A stretch of DNA of 64,000 bases from Azolla caroliniana (taxonomy: Eukaryota > Plantae > Polypodiophyta), in NCBI GenBank assembly GCA_043228905.1, contig JBHGNT010000013.1, positions 2,914,001 through 2,978,000 of the forward strand, given 5' to 3'. Of the stretch, positions 1-10,962 are shown one piece after another; the first letter of the stretch is position 1; each line of letters starts with the position of its first letter. The notes under the pieces are model-generated. The model was not told the DNA's origin and did not search any database. It saw only the letters and a program-made list of their open reading frames with translations. A program made the translations under genes and the position numbers.

Positions 1-236
1 CAACCATTACAATCCCTAATCGCAAGATGCGACTTTTCTTTGCAAAACTTTGGCTTTGAACTCTTGACTTCAATTTTAAAACACAAAACTCTTTGCAAAT
101 AAACTAAGTTATTTGATTTTCTAACTTTCTCCTGATTCCTTCCTTCATAATTTCCCTTTTTCTTATAGGTTCCCCCATGCTTATGATGCATGTTAGGGTA
201 CAAGACATGCATGTAACGCATGATCGCCATTTGGCG

Positions 237-394
237 TAGAAAAGAGGTGGAGTCTTAACTACTTACTAAGTATGTGTCATAGGTCTTAACTTATATGACA
301 CATTAGTTATGATACAGAGGAGGTGGGGTGTCCACATACTTGGGTTTTCCTAAGGTGTGTTCCCACACTAGGGAAGTGAGTTTGATTCTCAACA
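237..394 (-). mobile_element. Truncated 5' LTR of copia CA (partner of the LTR at 10580-10962), inverted
   Basis: Reverse complement (TGTTGAGAATCAAACTC...CACCTCTTTTCTA) closely matches 10580-10737; preceded on the minus strand by GTAAC (plus 395-399 gttac), the same 5-mer that follows the 10962 LTR end. Confidence 0.9.
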
Positions 395-639
395 GTTACC
401 TTAACTTGTCCCCATAAATCTTTAATAATCAAATCATACGTACCCCTTGAGAATGCAAAATGCATAGGGGAACAATACATGAAGGGATCCACCGCCTCAT
501 CCTCATGAACGGAATCAGATGAGTCATTTGGCATCTCCAATTCGTCCTTAGATACAAACGATGCAATGGATGACCATAACGTATCCTCCAATTCATCGTC
601 TAACATGGAAAAGACACCATGATGCAGTGTGTTGTCCAT
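395..639 (-). pseudogene. N-terminal part of the MULE-like transposase, separated from its body at 10963+
   Basis: ORF MDNTLHH...WGQVKVT joins in frame via the GTAAC TSD to VTLEALRDVARG...VLASHGD at 10963-11100. Confidence 0.8.
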
Positions 640-659
640 AGATGGTTGTTGTCAATTAC

Positions 660-1230
660 AACGGTGATTGAAGTGATTGAATACAATGTGACTAAGAATG
701 CCAATGATTGAGGTGAATGAATTCAGTGTGAGCGAGTATGCCAATGAATCAAGTGAATGAATTCAGCTCTTAGTGAATGATCGAGAATGCGAGCTCTTAG
801 TGAATGAATTCAGCTCTTAGTGAATGATCGAGAATGCGAGCTCTTAGTGAATGATCTCAACAAGAATGCCAATGATTGAGGTGAATGAATTCAGTGTGAG
901 CGATTATGGCAATGAATGAAGTGAATGACTTTAGCTCTTAGTGAATGATCGAGAATGCGAGCTTTTAGTGCATGATCTCAGCGAGAATGCCAGTGATTGA
1001 GGTGAATGAATTTAGTGTGAGCGATTATGGCAATGAATAAAGTGAATGACTTTAGCTCTTAGTGAATGATCGAGAATGCGAGCTTTTAGTGCATGATCTC
1101 AGCGAGAATGCCAATGATTGAGGTGAATGAAATTAGTGTGGGCGATTATGCCAATGAATGAAGTGAATGTCAATGACTTTAGTGAATCAATCCAGTGTGA
1201 GCGATTATGCAACGAAAATGGTCGTTAGTA
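660..1230. repeat. Tandem array, ~121-bp period, built from GTGAATGA sub-repeats
   Basis: gaatgcc(a)atgattgaggtgaatga recurs at 696, 864, 985, 1106; lies directly upstream of the transposase start on the minus strand. Confidence 0.9.
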
Positions 1231-1277
1231 TGATCGTTGAAGCACAATGATTACACATAGTTGGGAACCTGCATATT

Positions 1278-1430
1278 AATGAGTCAGGCTCCTCATTAAT
1301 GAGTCGGGCATTATATGATGTCCAACATTTATCGATCACTACAATGAGTATAGTGAGTATAGTGAGGGAAGTCGGGCTCCTTCTTGTTTAATTATCCAGG
1401 CTCCTAATTAATGAATCGGGCTCCTTCGTA
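1278..1430. repeat. Cluster of GTCGGGCTCC-type motifs (probable transposon subterminal/internal repeats)
   Basis: gagtcaggctcc, gagtcgggc, agtcgggctcc, aatcgggctcc; same motif is arrayed at 14009-14220. Confidence 0.6.
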
Positions 1431-1835
1431 ATACAAATTTAAACATACTCAAATTTCACATTCAAAAGATAAGTTGAATATACAAATTTCATATCAAATT
1501 GAATAAGATGCACATCGTGCATACAAAAGATACCTTCAACCTATTCAAATTTCATTATACACAAAAGATACATTGAATAAGTTTCGAACATTGAATAAGA
1601 TTCACACTGAGCATACAATAGATACAACCGATTCAAAATTTCACACTATGGATACAAAACATTGTCACCACATACAAAAGATACCTTCAACCTATTCAAA
1701 TTTCATATACAAAAGATTGAATGAATTTCGAACATTGAATAAGATTCACAATGAGCATACAAAAGATTCATATTGATTCATATATAACCAAAATGAGATT
1801 CAAATATTGTTTTGATATTACAAAATTAACCATAT

Positions 1836-4800
1836 TGTGGTATTACCATGGATCCTAACCAAGGCCCCACCTAACCAGGGTCACATTGACCACACCCAAA
1901 TTAGGTCCCTACCAAGCCCCCATAATTAGAGGAGCTAATTGGAGCGGGAAAACACCCACCACGCTAAGAGTAGCCTATAAGATGTAACTTAGAACGTAAT
2001 AGAAAGGGAGCTATTTTGAGAGCATTTCACATCTTCATGGAGAAGACGGGCAAAGCAGCCCCAACTCACGACCCCAACAACACACGCCACGATGCAACAT
2101 GACAACAACAACGGCAACACAAACTCCATGAATCCAAAATTCCTACAACAACAAACTCAAGAACATCAGCCCACATTGCCAATCGACCAACTGGTTCAGG
2201 CCCTGTCCAACATTATTTTACAAGTTAACCATACTAACCAAGCCATGTTGTCATTCCTCTCAGCACAATCCAAGCCACAACAAAATCTCCCGGACCCGCG
2301 AGTTCGGCCAAAACCATTCTCCGGCCTACCATTGGAAGCCGTCGTCTCTTGGCTGGATCATTTCGAAATGGTGGCCAGTTACCACCACTAGCCACACCCC
2401 TGGAAGGCAATAGAAATGAAGACACTCCTTGAGAATATCGCAACAACATGGCTCGTACAACAACCCGAGGAGACACGCAACGACTGGGATCTGTTACGGG
2501 CAACCATGATTTGGAATTTGGCTCATCAGGACTCCCGTCATACAGCCCTACAACAACTCAAGTCAATCACCCAGCAGCCACGCGAACCCATCACCCAGTT
2601 CACGGTTCGGTTTGTGCAGATCCTACGTCGGGTTGACGACAACATGTCGGAAGACATGAAGTTGTTTTTCTTCTAGCCGCGTATACGGCACGACCTCCAT
2701 CGTCGTGTATGTGATCAAGGCCTGGAGACACTACATGAAGCCATCCTCACCGCCCAACGCATCGAAGCTGCAGACGCACACAACCTGCACACACCAGGTA
2801 ATCTCAGTCACGATCATACAAACACTACTCCAGGCGCCACTCCCATGGACATCGATGTCTAGAACGTGCAGTTACGCACTAAGCGTGCATTGCCCGAACG
2901 AGACAGCCAGGGACGCCCCAAATGTTTATACTGCAACAACTATGGCCACATCCGGCGTTACTGCAGAAAGTGGCAAAATCAACAACAAAAGCAGAACGTC
3001 CAATTAGCCAATGTTGCCTCCCTCTCTGAGCTCCCGGAAAACTAATGCACGAGGTGTCGTAGGGAGAGCCGCCCCCGCACGTCCACACCTCCACGTCATC
3101 AACTTCTCCCATTTATACCATGATCGAGCCACCCATGCACGTCCACACCTCCACGTCATCAACTTCTCCTGTTTGTACCACGATCGCCCGCCTCTAGCAC
3201 ACGACCCAAGAAGTTCTCCTCGACTCCGACAACAACATCTCTTCCATTAGTGTAGATTTAGTCACCCAATTGCAACTTCCCACGAGCCACGCACCGCCCA
3301 TTAAAATCCTCTTCGGCGACCAGCAGCGGTTGTACCACTCACATACGCAAGTCATGTGCATGCTCACCATCAGTTCTGCTCGTATCCAACATCGTTGTTC
3401 CCAATCACCTTGGGTTGCGATTGGTTCCTCCATAGTCGAGCCTGTCTCGATTTCTCCTCGTAACAGCTCGTCCTCCCCAATCACCTTTCGATCGCGCTCT
3501 TCACTAATCCGCGAGATACCACCCACATCAGCAACACACAGTACCTGGTATCACCAACAAAGCACATCCACGACATCTGATGGCTCCTAGCCACCTTTCC
3601 CTCGTTGTCTACACCACCTGCAAAGCCTCCCTCGGTCCGCTTTCCAATCCACCACACGATTCCTACAGGCAACGCCCGCCCTATCAGCGCAGCTCCCTGA
3701 CGTCGCTCCCCTCTCGACCACGAGCGCATCGAGAACGCCGTCAAAACTATGCTACAATAGGGGATTATCACGCCTTCCAACAACGAGTGGATCTCGGAGC
3801 CACACATGGTCAAAAAAGGGGATGGCTCTTACCGTTTTTGTGTCAACTTCCGACAACTGAAACATGTCACCACCCATGACCGATATCCTGTCCCTCGTAT
3901 CGACGACCTCCTTTTCCAGCTTGGCAAATCAAAGTACTTCTCCTCCCTCGATCTGGCCTCGAGATATTGGCAGATCGCTATGAATCCTGAAGATGCCCAC
4001 AAAACTGCATTCCGCACTAGGAAAGGCATTTTTGAGTTCACACGGATGCCCTTCGACCTATCCGACGTTGGGAGCACATTCCAGCGAATGGCTAACGCCA
4101 TCTTCAACGATCTCATCACCTGTCGCGTCGTCATTGTCTATCTAGACGATATTCTGATACATACAAGCACCTGGGCGGAACACCTCAAAGTTCTTAAGGA
4201 GGTCCTAACTTGTGTTCAACGCTATTGATTACAGTTGCAATGGAAGAAGTGTCGTTGGGGTAGTACGTGCCTCTGCTTCCTCAGGTACGTCATCTCCTCC
4301 GACAGAATACAGATGGACCCAGAGAAGACGGAAGCAGTCCAAAAATTCCCACACCCCACCACAGTCAAGCAACTTCAACGCTTCATCGGCCTCCTCACGT
4401 TCTCTCTCCGCTTCATCCCACAGCTAGCCGACCTGTCAGCCCCACTACGCACCCTTCCTATGGACTGACGCTTGTGAATCTAGCTTCCTACAACTCAAGA
4501 GAACACTCCAAGCCTCTGACCTCTTGGCACACCCTAATTTCATGAAGCCTTTCCATCTGCAGACGGATGCCTCCAACGTCGGCCTTGGCGCGGTCCTGCT
4601 CCAATCCGACGACAACGACCAACTACACCCGATTGCCTACATAAGCCAATCACTTACCAAAGCCGAACAAAATTACTCGACAAATGAGAAAGAGTTGCTC
4701 GCCATCGTTTGGGCATTCCATCGTTTCCACTTGTACCTACACGGATCAAACACATTGGTCGAAACCGACCATCAGCCATTGCTCTCCCTCATAAAGAAGG

Positions 4801-6452
4801 CTCACCCACCCTGTCGCTTACTCCGTTGGGCTTTGGCGTTGCAGGATTACACATTCACTCTGCACTATCGCCGCGGTCCCCAGAACATCGTCGCCGATGG
4901 ATTATCCCGCATATCCTTTCAGGTGAACCAAATCGCTTCCGGCACAATCGATTTCCCTGTATCCTCGTCCCAAATGGCCAACATGCAACAACACGACAAA
5001 AAGATCCAAGACATCTGCCACCACCTACAGGTTGAGCCCTCATCCCTCACCAAGCAATTCATGATCCAGGATAATGTCCTGCTTTTTTTCCAAGTAGGCA
5101 AGGAACCTCGGGTCTACGTGCCTGAGCAACTGCGCTTGTCTTACCTTCGTTTCTTCCACAATCACCCGTTGTCCGGCCACTTGGGTTTTCACAAGGTGCT
5201 AGACATTATCCATTGCAAATTCTATTGGTTGGGGCTACGCCACGAGGTCGCCTCCTACATCAAAGCATGCAACTCATGTCAGGCCATCAAAACACCTCAA
5301 GTGGCTCAAGGCCTCTTACATCAGATACAGGTTCAAGCTCCATTTGAAATCGTCGGATGGGACATTCTGGGCCCCTCTCCCGAGTCACAAGAAGGGAACA
5401 AATTCATCCTCGTCATAACCAAGTACTTGACGCGTTGGGCTGAGACGACCACTATCCCAGATGCGAAGGCTATGACCATCGCCACCAAATTGTTGGAGAA
5501 AATCATCTTCCCCCATGGTTGCCCACTCCAAATCTTGTCTGATCGGGGACCCCAATTCAACAACGAGCTCCTACGTCTCGTTTCTACACAATTAGGAATC
5601 CAACAATTATTCATGTCACCCTACCACCCGCAGACGAATGGATTGATAGAGTGCCTCAACCGAACCTTAAAACAACAAATCTCGGCCTACATCGATCCGC
5701 TGCACTCAACCTGGGACCGGATCTTGCCCTTCGTTACGCACGCCTATAACACAATTGTGCAAGCCTCCACCCGCATTAGCCCCTTCTTGGCCCTTTACGG
5801 CAGGGACCCGCGCTTACCTCCAGAAGTGGCAGTCCCGCAACCAACCACGCCACTCCACTTTGACGCAGTGTCCTAGTGGTCCCACCTGCAACAACTCCAG
5901 CCCCTCCTCTGCAAAGCCATCACGAGCAACCTACACCAAGCATAGCTACGCCAAAAACGCCAACACGATGCAAGCCACACCAATCATCAATACCACGCCG
6001 GTGACAAAGTCCTCGTCTATTTCCCCATCCGTCATTGCGGCCTGAGCGAGTCACTCTACCGATGGATCGGTCCCTTCGAAGTTCAAAAGCAGATATGCAA
6101 CACTACATACATGCTCTGTCACACCTCCAACAACCGCTCTACCTTCGCCCACTAGTCTCGCATGAAGCCCTTCCATCAACTACCACCGCCCACGCCGTGC
6201 CATCCCTCCGCCTAGAACCGTCGTCCACGCCCCGTCGCGCTCCGACTGTACAGTACTGTGGTATTGCCACGGATCCTAACCAAGGCCCCAACTAACCAGG
6301 GTCACATTGACCATACCCAAATTAGACCCCTACCAAGCTCCCATAATTAGAAGAGCTAATTGGAGCAGGAAAACACCCACCACGCTAAGAGTAGCCTATA
6401 AGATGTAACTTAGAATGTAATGGAAAGGGAGCTATTTTGAGAGCATTTCACA
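1836..6452 (+). mobile_element. Ty3/gypsy retrotransposon G1, full length but degenerate; 196-bp LTRs 1836-2031 and 6257-6452
   Basis: TGTGG...TTTCACA LTR pair, 4-bp TSD ATAT, gag-PR-RT-RH-IN order. Confidence 0.95.
2092..6180 (+). pseudogene. G1 gag-pol with several stops and frameshifts
   Basis: gag with CLYCNNYGHIRRYC knuckle ending GGAAAAC-TAA (3036-3045); PR VLLDSD; RT YLDD; RH TDAS...ETDH; IN HPLSGHLG...C..C, SDRGPQF; no chromodomain seen. Confidence 0.9.
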
Positions 6453-6849
6453 ATATACAAATGGCCAAGAATATACAAAAAAGGTTGGTCACCTTGATTC
6501 CAAAATACAAAAAAAGTTGGCAGCCTTGGTTTAGGATTACAAAAAAGGTTGGCAGCCTTGATTCTAATATCCAGCCACCGGGCAATATACAGAAAAGATA
6601 TACAACCTGGTCACAAAAAAACTATATACAACCAGCTTACAAAAAATATATACAAAAAAGGTTGGCAACCCACATTTGATAGTACACCGCATTTGATGTT
6701 ACAAAGTACAACTCCAAATGATTAAAATATGGGAAAGCCCACAATCCTTCGTGCCCATTTCACCATGATTTTCCCAAGGAGCTCCACGTCTTCGAATCCA
6801 AACCATTGCTCCTTACCCTACACCACAAGATGCCATCAACCTTAAGCCC

Positions 6850-7045
6850 TTACAGAAACAAATGCTCATATTCAATCCTAAGTCATAGTTACAAAATCAT
6901 TGGACTCAAATCCTTGCATGAACTCCTCGACCAACATCTGAATGGTTTGGATCACGTAATACCCACAATCTGTCCCATTAGGTTGGGTCGGACTGATCGG
7001 GAGCCTCATCTATCTCACAATCACTCAACCCGACTTCAACTACCC
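6850..7045 (-). pseudogene. ULP1/SENP-like (peptidase C48) catalytic-Cys fragment, transposon-borne
   Basis: Minus-strand translation ...MRLPISPTQPNGTDCGYYVIQTIQML... fits the Q-x-N-x-x-D-C-G motif; upstream stops; cut off by the LTR at 7046. Confidence 0.7.
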
Positions 7046-7460
7046 TGTTGGTCTTTAAAAGAATATGTGTGCGGAAGCGTATGCGTAAGAACACAAAGTA
7101 CACGGTTCGGTAGTACGATAGTTCGATAAAGCACAAAAATCACACACAGAGAGAGAGAGAGAGCAGAAAATACAAAACTATATTCAAACTAGTCCTCTAT
7201 GTACATATTTCGTGCTCAGTGAGCACCTTTTATACAAGCCCCGACCATTGGGCTGACACCAGTATTGACAGTACTTGACCGCTCATAAATGAGCCTTCTA
7301 CACTAACTCCCAAAACTATTCCTTACGAGGAATAACGTTCTAACGGCCTCACGGTTTACGCACCGCCACAACCATATTTTGCGTACGGTTTTACGCATCC
7401 AGTCTACGTATTGGGTTACGTACCCATTTATGCACCCAATGTTGAGCTTGTCTCTCAACA
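7046..7460 (-). mobile_element. Single copia-type LTR with non-matching flanks (probable recombinant LTR at an inversion breakpoint)
   Basis: TGTTGG...CTCAACA; minus-strand start TGTTGAGAGACAAGCTCAAC like other copia LTRs here; flanks TACCC vs CGGTT differ. Confidence 0.8.
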
Positions 7461-7463
7461 CGG

Positions 7464-8213
7464 TGTCGTGAAGAAAACCGGCCTTAGGCGGAATCGGTGA
7501 AAAAGGCGTGCGAACCGGCCCTTACACGCGGGCACAAGTATTGATAAGGAGTACATAATTACGAATAGGTAGGCTGATGAAAATATCCTAGGAAGATTAT
7601 TAATAGGCTAGTGAATCGAAGCGGATCTCTGTCCAAAGGGACAGAGAATAAAAGTGATGTGACCAAGGTGAGGGTGTAATGGTCCCTCCCCGGCGGCCTA
7701 TAAAAGGGAAGGGAAGAAGACTGAGAAGGTATCGCGTTTTGGGCAAGGACGCGGTGTTGTTGGACCGGGAACTGAGCTCTCTCCTCCTCTTTCATTGTTC
7801 TCTACAGGATTCTATGTTGGTTGCCTCTACTTCGAGGAAAGCCATGTGCCTTCTACTAAGGCTCTACTGTGTGTGTGCGTGGGTGTGTGATTGTCTGGGT
7901 TGGGTCTGTCGCCTGCTAGCTGGCTGTAATCTTGCAAACACTGTAATCGTTACTAATATTGTAATTGAATCTCCTGTTTTTCGTCTATCTGTGTTCCTAT
8001 GAGTCTCCCTTTTCTTTTCCTTTCCACGAGCGTGCTTCTTGTTCAGTCGGTATACGCGTTGGTGGTTCATTCGGCCAGCAAGCGTTGTCGGTTGCAACAT
8101 GCCTAACCGGCCCTGCTTGCACGCTTCCCCCTTCCTCTTCTTTCTCTTGCTTCTCGGTTCAGGGCCCCCGTGGCCCTGCCTTATTTCCCACACGAAAGCG
8201 AAACAACACGACA
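7464..8213 (+). mobile_element. Solo LTR (750 bp)
   Basis: TGTCGTG...CACGACA terminal inverted 7-mer, 4-bp TSD ACGG, TATA-like CTATAAAAGG near 7698. Confidence 0.88.
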
Positions 8214-9289
8214 ACGGTTTCCTTAGCCAATTCATGCAAAAGCCACGTGACACTCACTTGGATTGTGCTAAGCGAGTGTTAAGATACGCGAGTGGTACAA
8301 TGGATTGTGGCATCTCTCTACAAGACAACAATGCCAATTTGACACGAAGGGCACATAGATGCCGACTAGGCCAGCTACAAAGCCGATCGATCGACCTCTA
8401 GATTTGTTTTCTCCCTTGGCAGCGGAGCCATCTCCTAGAGTAGCAAGAAGCAACCAACCGTCGCTCTTTCAAGCACAAAGGCCGAATACAGGGGCGCGGC
8501 GGTGACTACATGTGAAGTCGTATGGCTCAAGAGGATTTTGAAGGATCTGGGTGTTCCCATCAAAGATCCAACTCCCCATTACTATGACACCATGAGCAGT
8601 ATTTATCTGGCTCAGAACCTGGTGTTCCACGCATGCACGAAGCATATCGACGTGCACTATCACTTCATTCGAGGGCGTGTTCAGGCTAGAGATGTTGACC
8701 TTCAACACATCAACACGAATCCACAAAAAACCGACATCTTCACCAAAGCCCTAGGAGCTGACAAGCTTTGGCAATTCATGTCAGACCTTGGATTGACAAT
8801 CCCTGACTTGCCAAGCTTGAGGGGCAGTACAAGAGAGAACCGGATACCGTCTGAACTGGGTACCAACCGAAGCGGACATCAACCGAAAGGAGCTGACCCA
8901 AGTTGAGCTTGAGGGGGCATGTTGAGAATCAAGCTCAACCTAAACTAGTGTGTGAACACACCCTTGAGAGTGTATGAACACTCAAAGGTCAAAAGTCACA
9001 CCACTACTCTCTACACATTAACTATGTGTCATAGAATCATATGAGTTTCCACATTCCCCATGATCGATGAGCTTCGGTAGGTAATGACGAAAGAGGGTGA
9101 CTATATAAAGCACCCTCCTCCTACTTTGTAATGTGTCAGTTAATCTCCTTTGTAATATACATCTTCTTGAGTATTCGATTTCTATCTATCTTGTGTCTCC
9201 CTCCTCTCCTCTTCTCAAACACACACGCACGCATGCAACACACATCTCTAACCTATTCCGCTGCACAAAATCACCATCGATTCTTTACA
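8214..9289 (+). mobile_element. 3' half of copia CB (RT end, RNase H, PPT, 3' LTR 8920-9289), nested in the RT of copia CA
   Basis: SQFMQKPRDTHLDCAKRVLRY, KHIDVHYHFIR, DIFTKAL; PPT GAGGGGGCA; LTR TGTTGAG...TTTACA. Confidence 0.9.
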
Positions 9290-10863
9290 AGTCTTAAGCA
9301 GGGACCAGGAGCACGACATTCGAAGATAACCCAATATCTTCACCAAATCGGCTTCAAAATGTCCAAGTGCACGCACCATATTAACATTAGTATGTTCGAC
9401 AATTCTCTGTTCATCCGGAGCGACTCCAAAGGACAACTATTCATCATAATTTATGTGGATGACTTGGTCATTGGAGGAGAGCACATAGGTGATATCGAAC
9501 ATACCAAGAAGCTACTCTCTAGCTTATTCAAAATGAAAGACATGAAGGAGCTACATTACTTTCTAGGGATAGAAGTAATTTGGTCTCTAAACGGTATCAT
9601 GATCTCCCAACAACACTATATCCTGAATATTCTCTTCAAGTTTGGGATGACGGAGTGTAAGCTCATCGTTACCCCGCTCAATTGAAATCTAAGGTTAGAT
9701 GTCGTTTCCAGCACAGAAGAGTGTGAGCCAACTTTCTATCGTCAGCTAGTCGAAAGCCTTATCTATCTCACCATTACTTGACCCAACCTCAACTATCCGG
9801 TCGGCCTCCTTAGCCAGTTTGACACCATGCAACATCCATCTGGACTGTGCTAAACGAGTGTTACGCTATGTAAGTGGGACGATGGATTTCGGCATCCTCT
9901 ACTGATTGGCCACACCGATTCGACTTGAAGGGTACACCGAGCTAATTGTGCTAGCAACAAAGCCGACAGATGATCAACATTGGGATTTTTCTTCTCCCTC
10001 GGTAGCGGCGCCATATCATGGAATAGTAAGAAGCAGCTGCCAGTCGCATTGTTGAGCACAGAAGCTGAATATAGGGGCGCAACCGTCGCCGCATGTGAAG
10101 CCGTTTGGCTCAAGAGAATATTAAAGGATTTGGGCGTTCCCATCAAGGATCTATTTCTCATGTATTGCCACAACATGAGCAGCATTCACTTGGCCCGCAA
10201 CCCAGTTTTCCATGCTCGGACTAAGCACATTGAGGTGCATTATCACTTCATCTGAGAATGTGTCTTGGTTGGTGATGTCGCCCTACAACACATCAGCATG
10301 AACCTACAAACGGCGACATCTTCACGAAGGCCCTAAGAGCCGACAAGCTACGGTAGTTCACGACAAACCTCGGTCTCTCGATCACCGACCAACCGAGCTT
10401 GAGGGGGAGTATGGAATAGTTAGATAAGGAACCATCTAACATGACGTCGAACGGACCAGAGTGAACTCAATTGTGAGCTGGCCATCCAAAAAAAGTCGGA
10501 GTCGAAGCCAACTCAAAGCCGACCCAAAGACCAATCCGAACCAAATTTTTGGCGACCGGAAGTTGTGTTTGAAGGGGAGTGTTGAGAATCAAACTCAACT
10601 TCCCTAGTGTGGGAACACTCCTTAGGAACACCCAAGTGTGTGGACACCCCACCTCCTTTGTATCATACTAATGTGTCATAGAAGTTAAGACCTATGACAC
10701 ATACTTAGCAAGTAGTTAAGACTCCACCTCTTTTCTATGAGGTGACTCTAATGAGAGAACTTAGAGAGAAGGTGACTACATAAGCACCTTCTCCCTCTCC
10801 TTGTAAGTGTGTTGGTTTTCTTATTCTTGTTAATACAGTTTTTTCTTGTTCTCTGTAGAAATC

Positions 10864-10896
<33 letters not shown>

Positions 10897-10962
10897 GCTA
10901 TGCACACACACATAAACACATATATCTCTTCCGCTGCACAGAATCATATCTGATTCTTTACA
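9290..10962 (+). mobile_element. 3' half of copia CA (RT YVDD, RNase H, PPT, 3' LTR 10580-10962)
   Basis: IIIYVDDLVI, ISWNSKKQ..VALLSTEAEY, RTKHIEVHYHF; PPT GAAGGGGAG; LTR followed by GTAAC. Confidence 0.92.

Noticed and set aside
1-236. Sequence interrupting the inverted LTR, probably another insertion
   Set aside because: No clear terminus or partner inside the window
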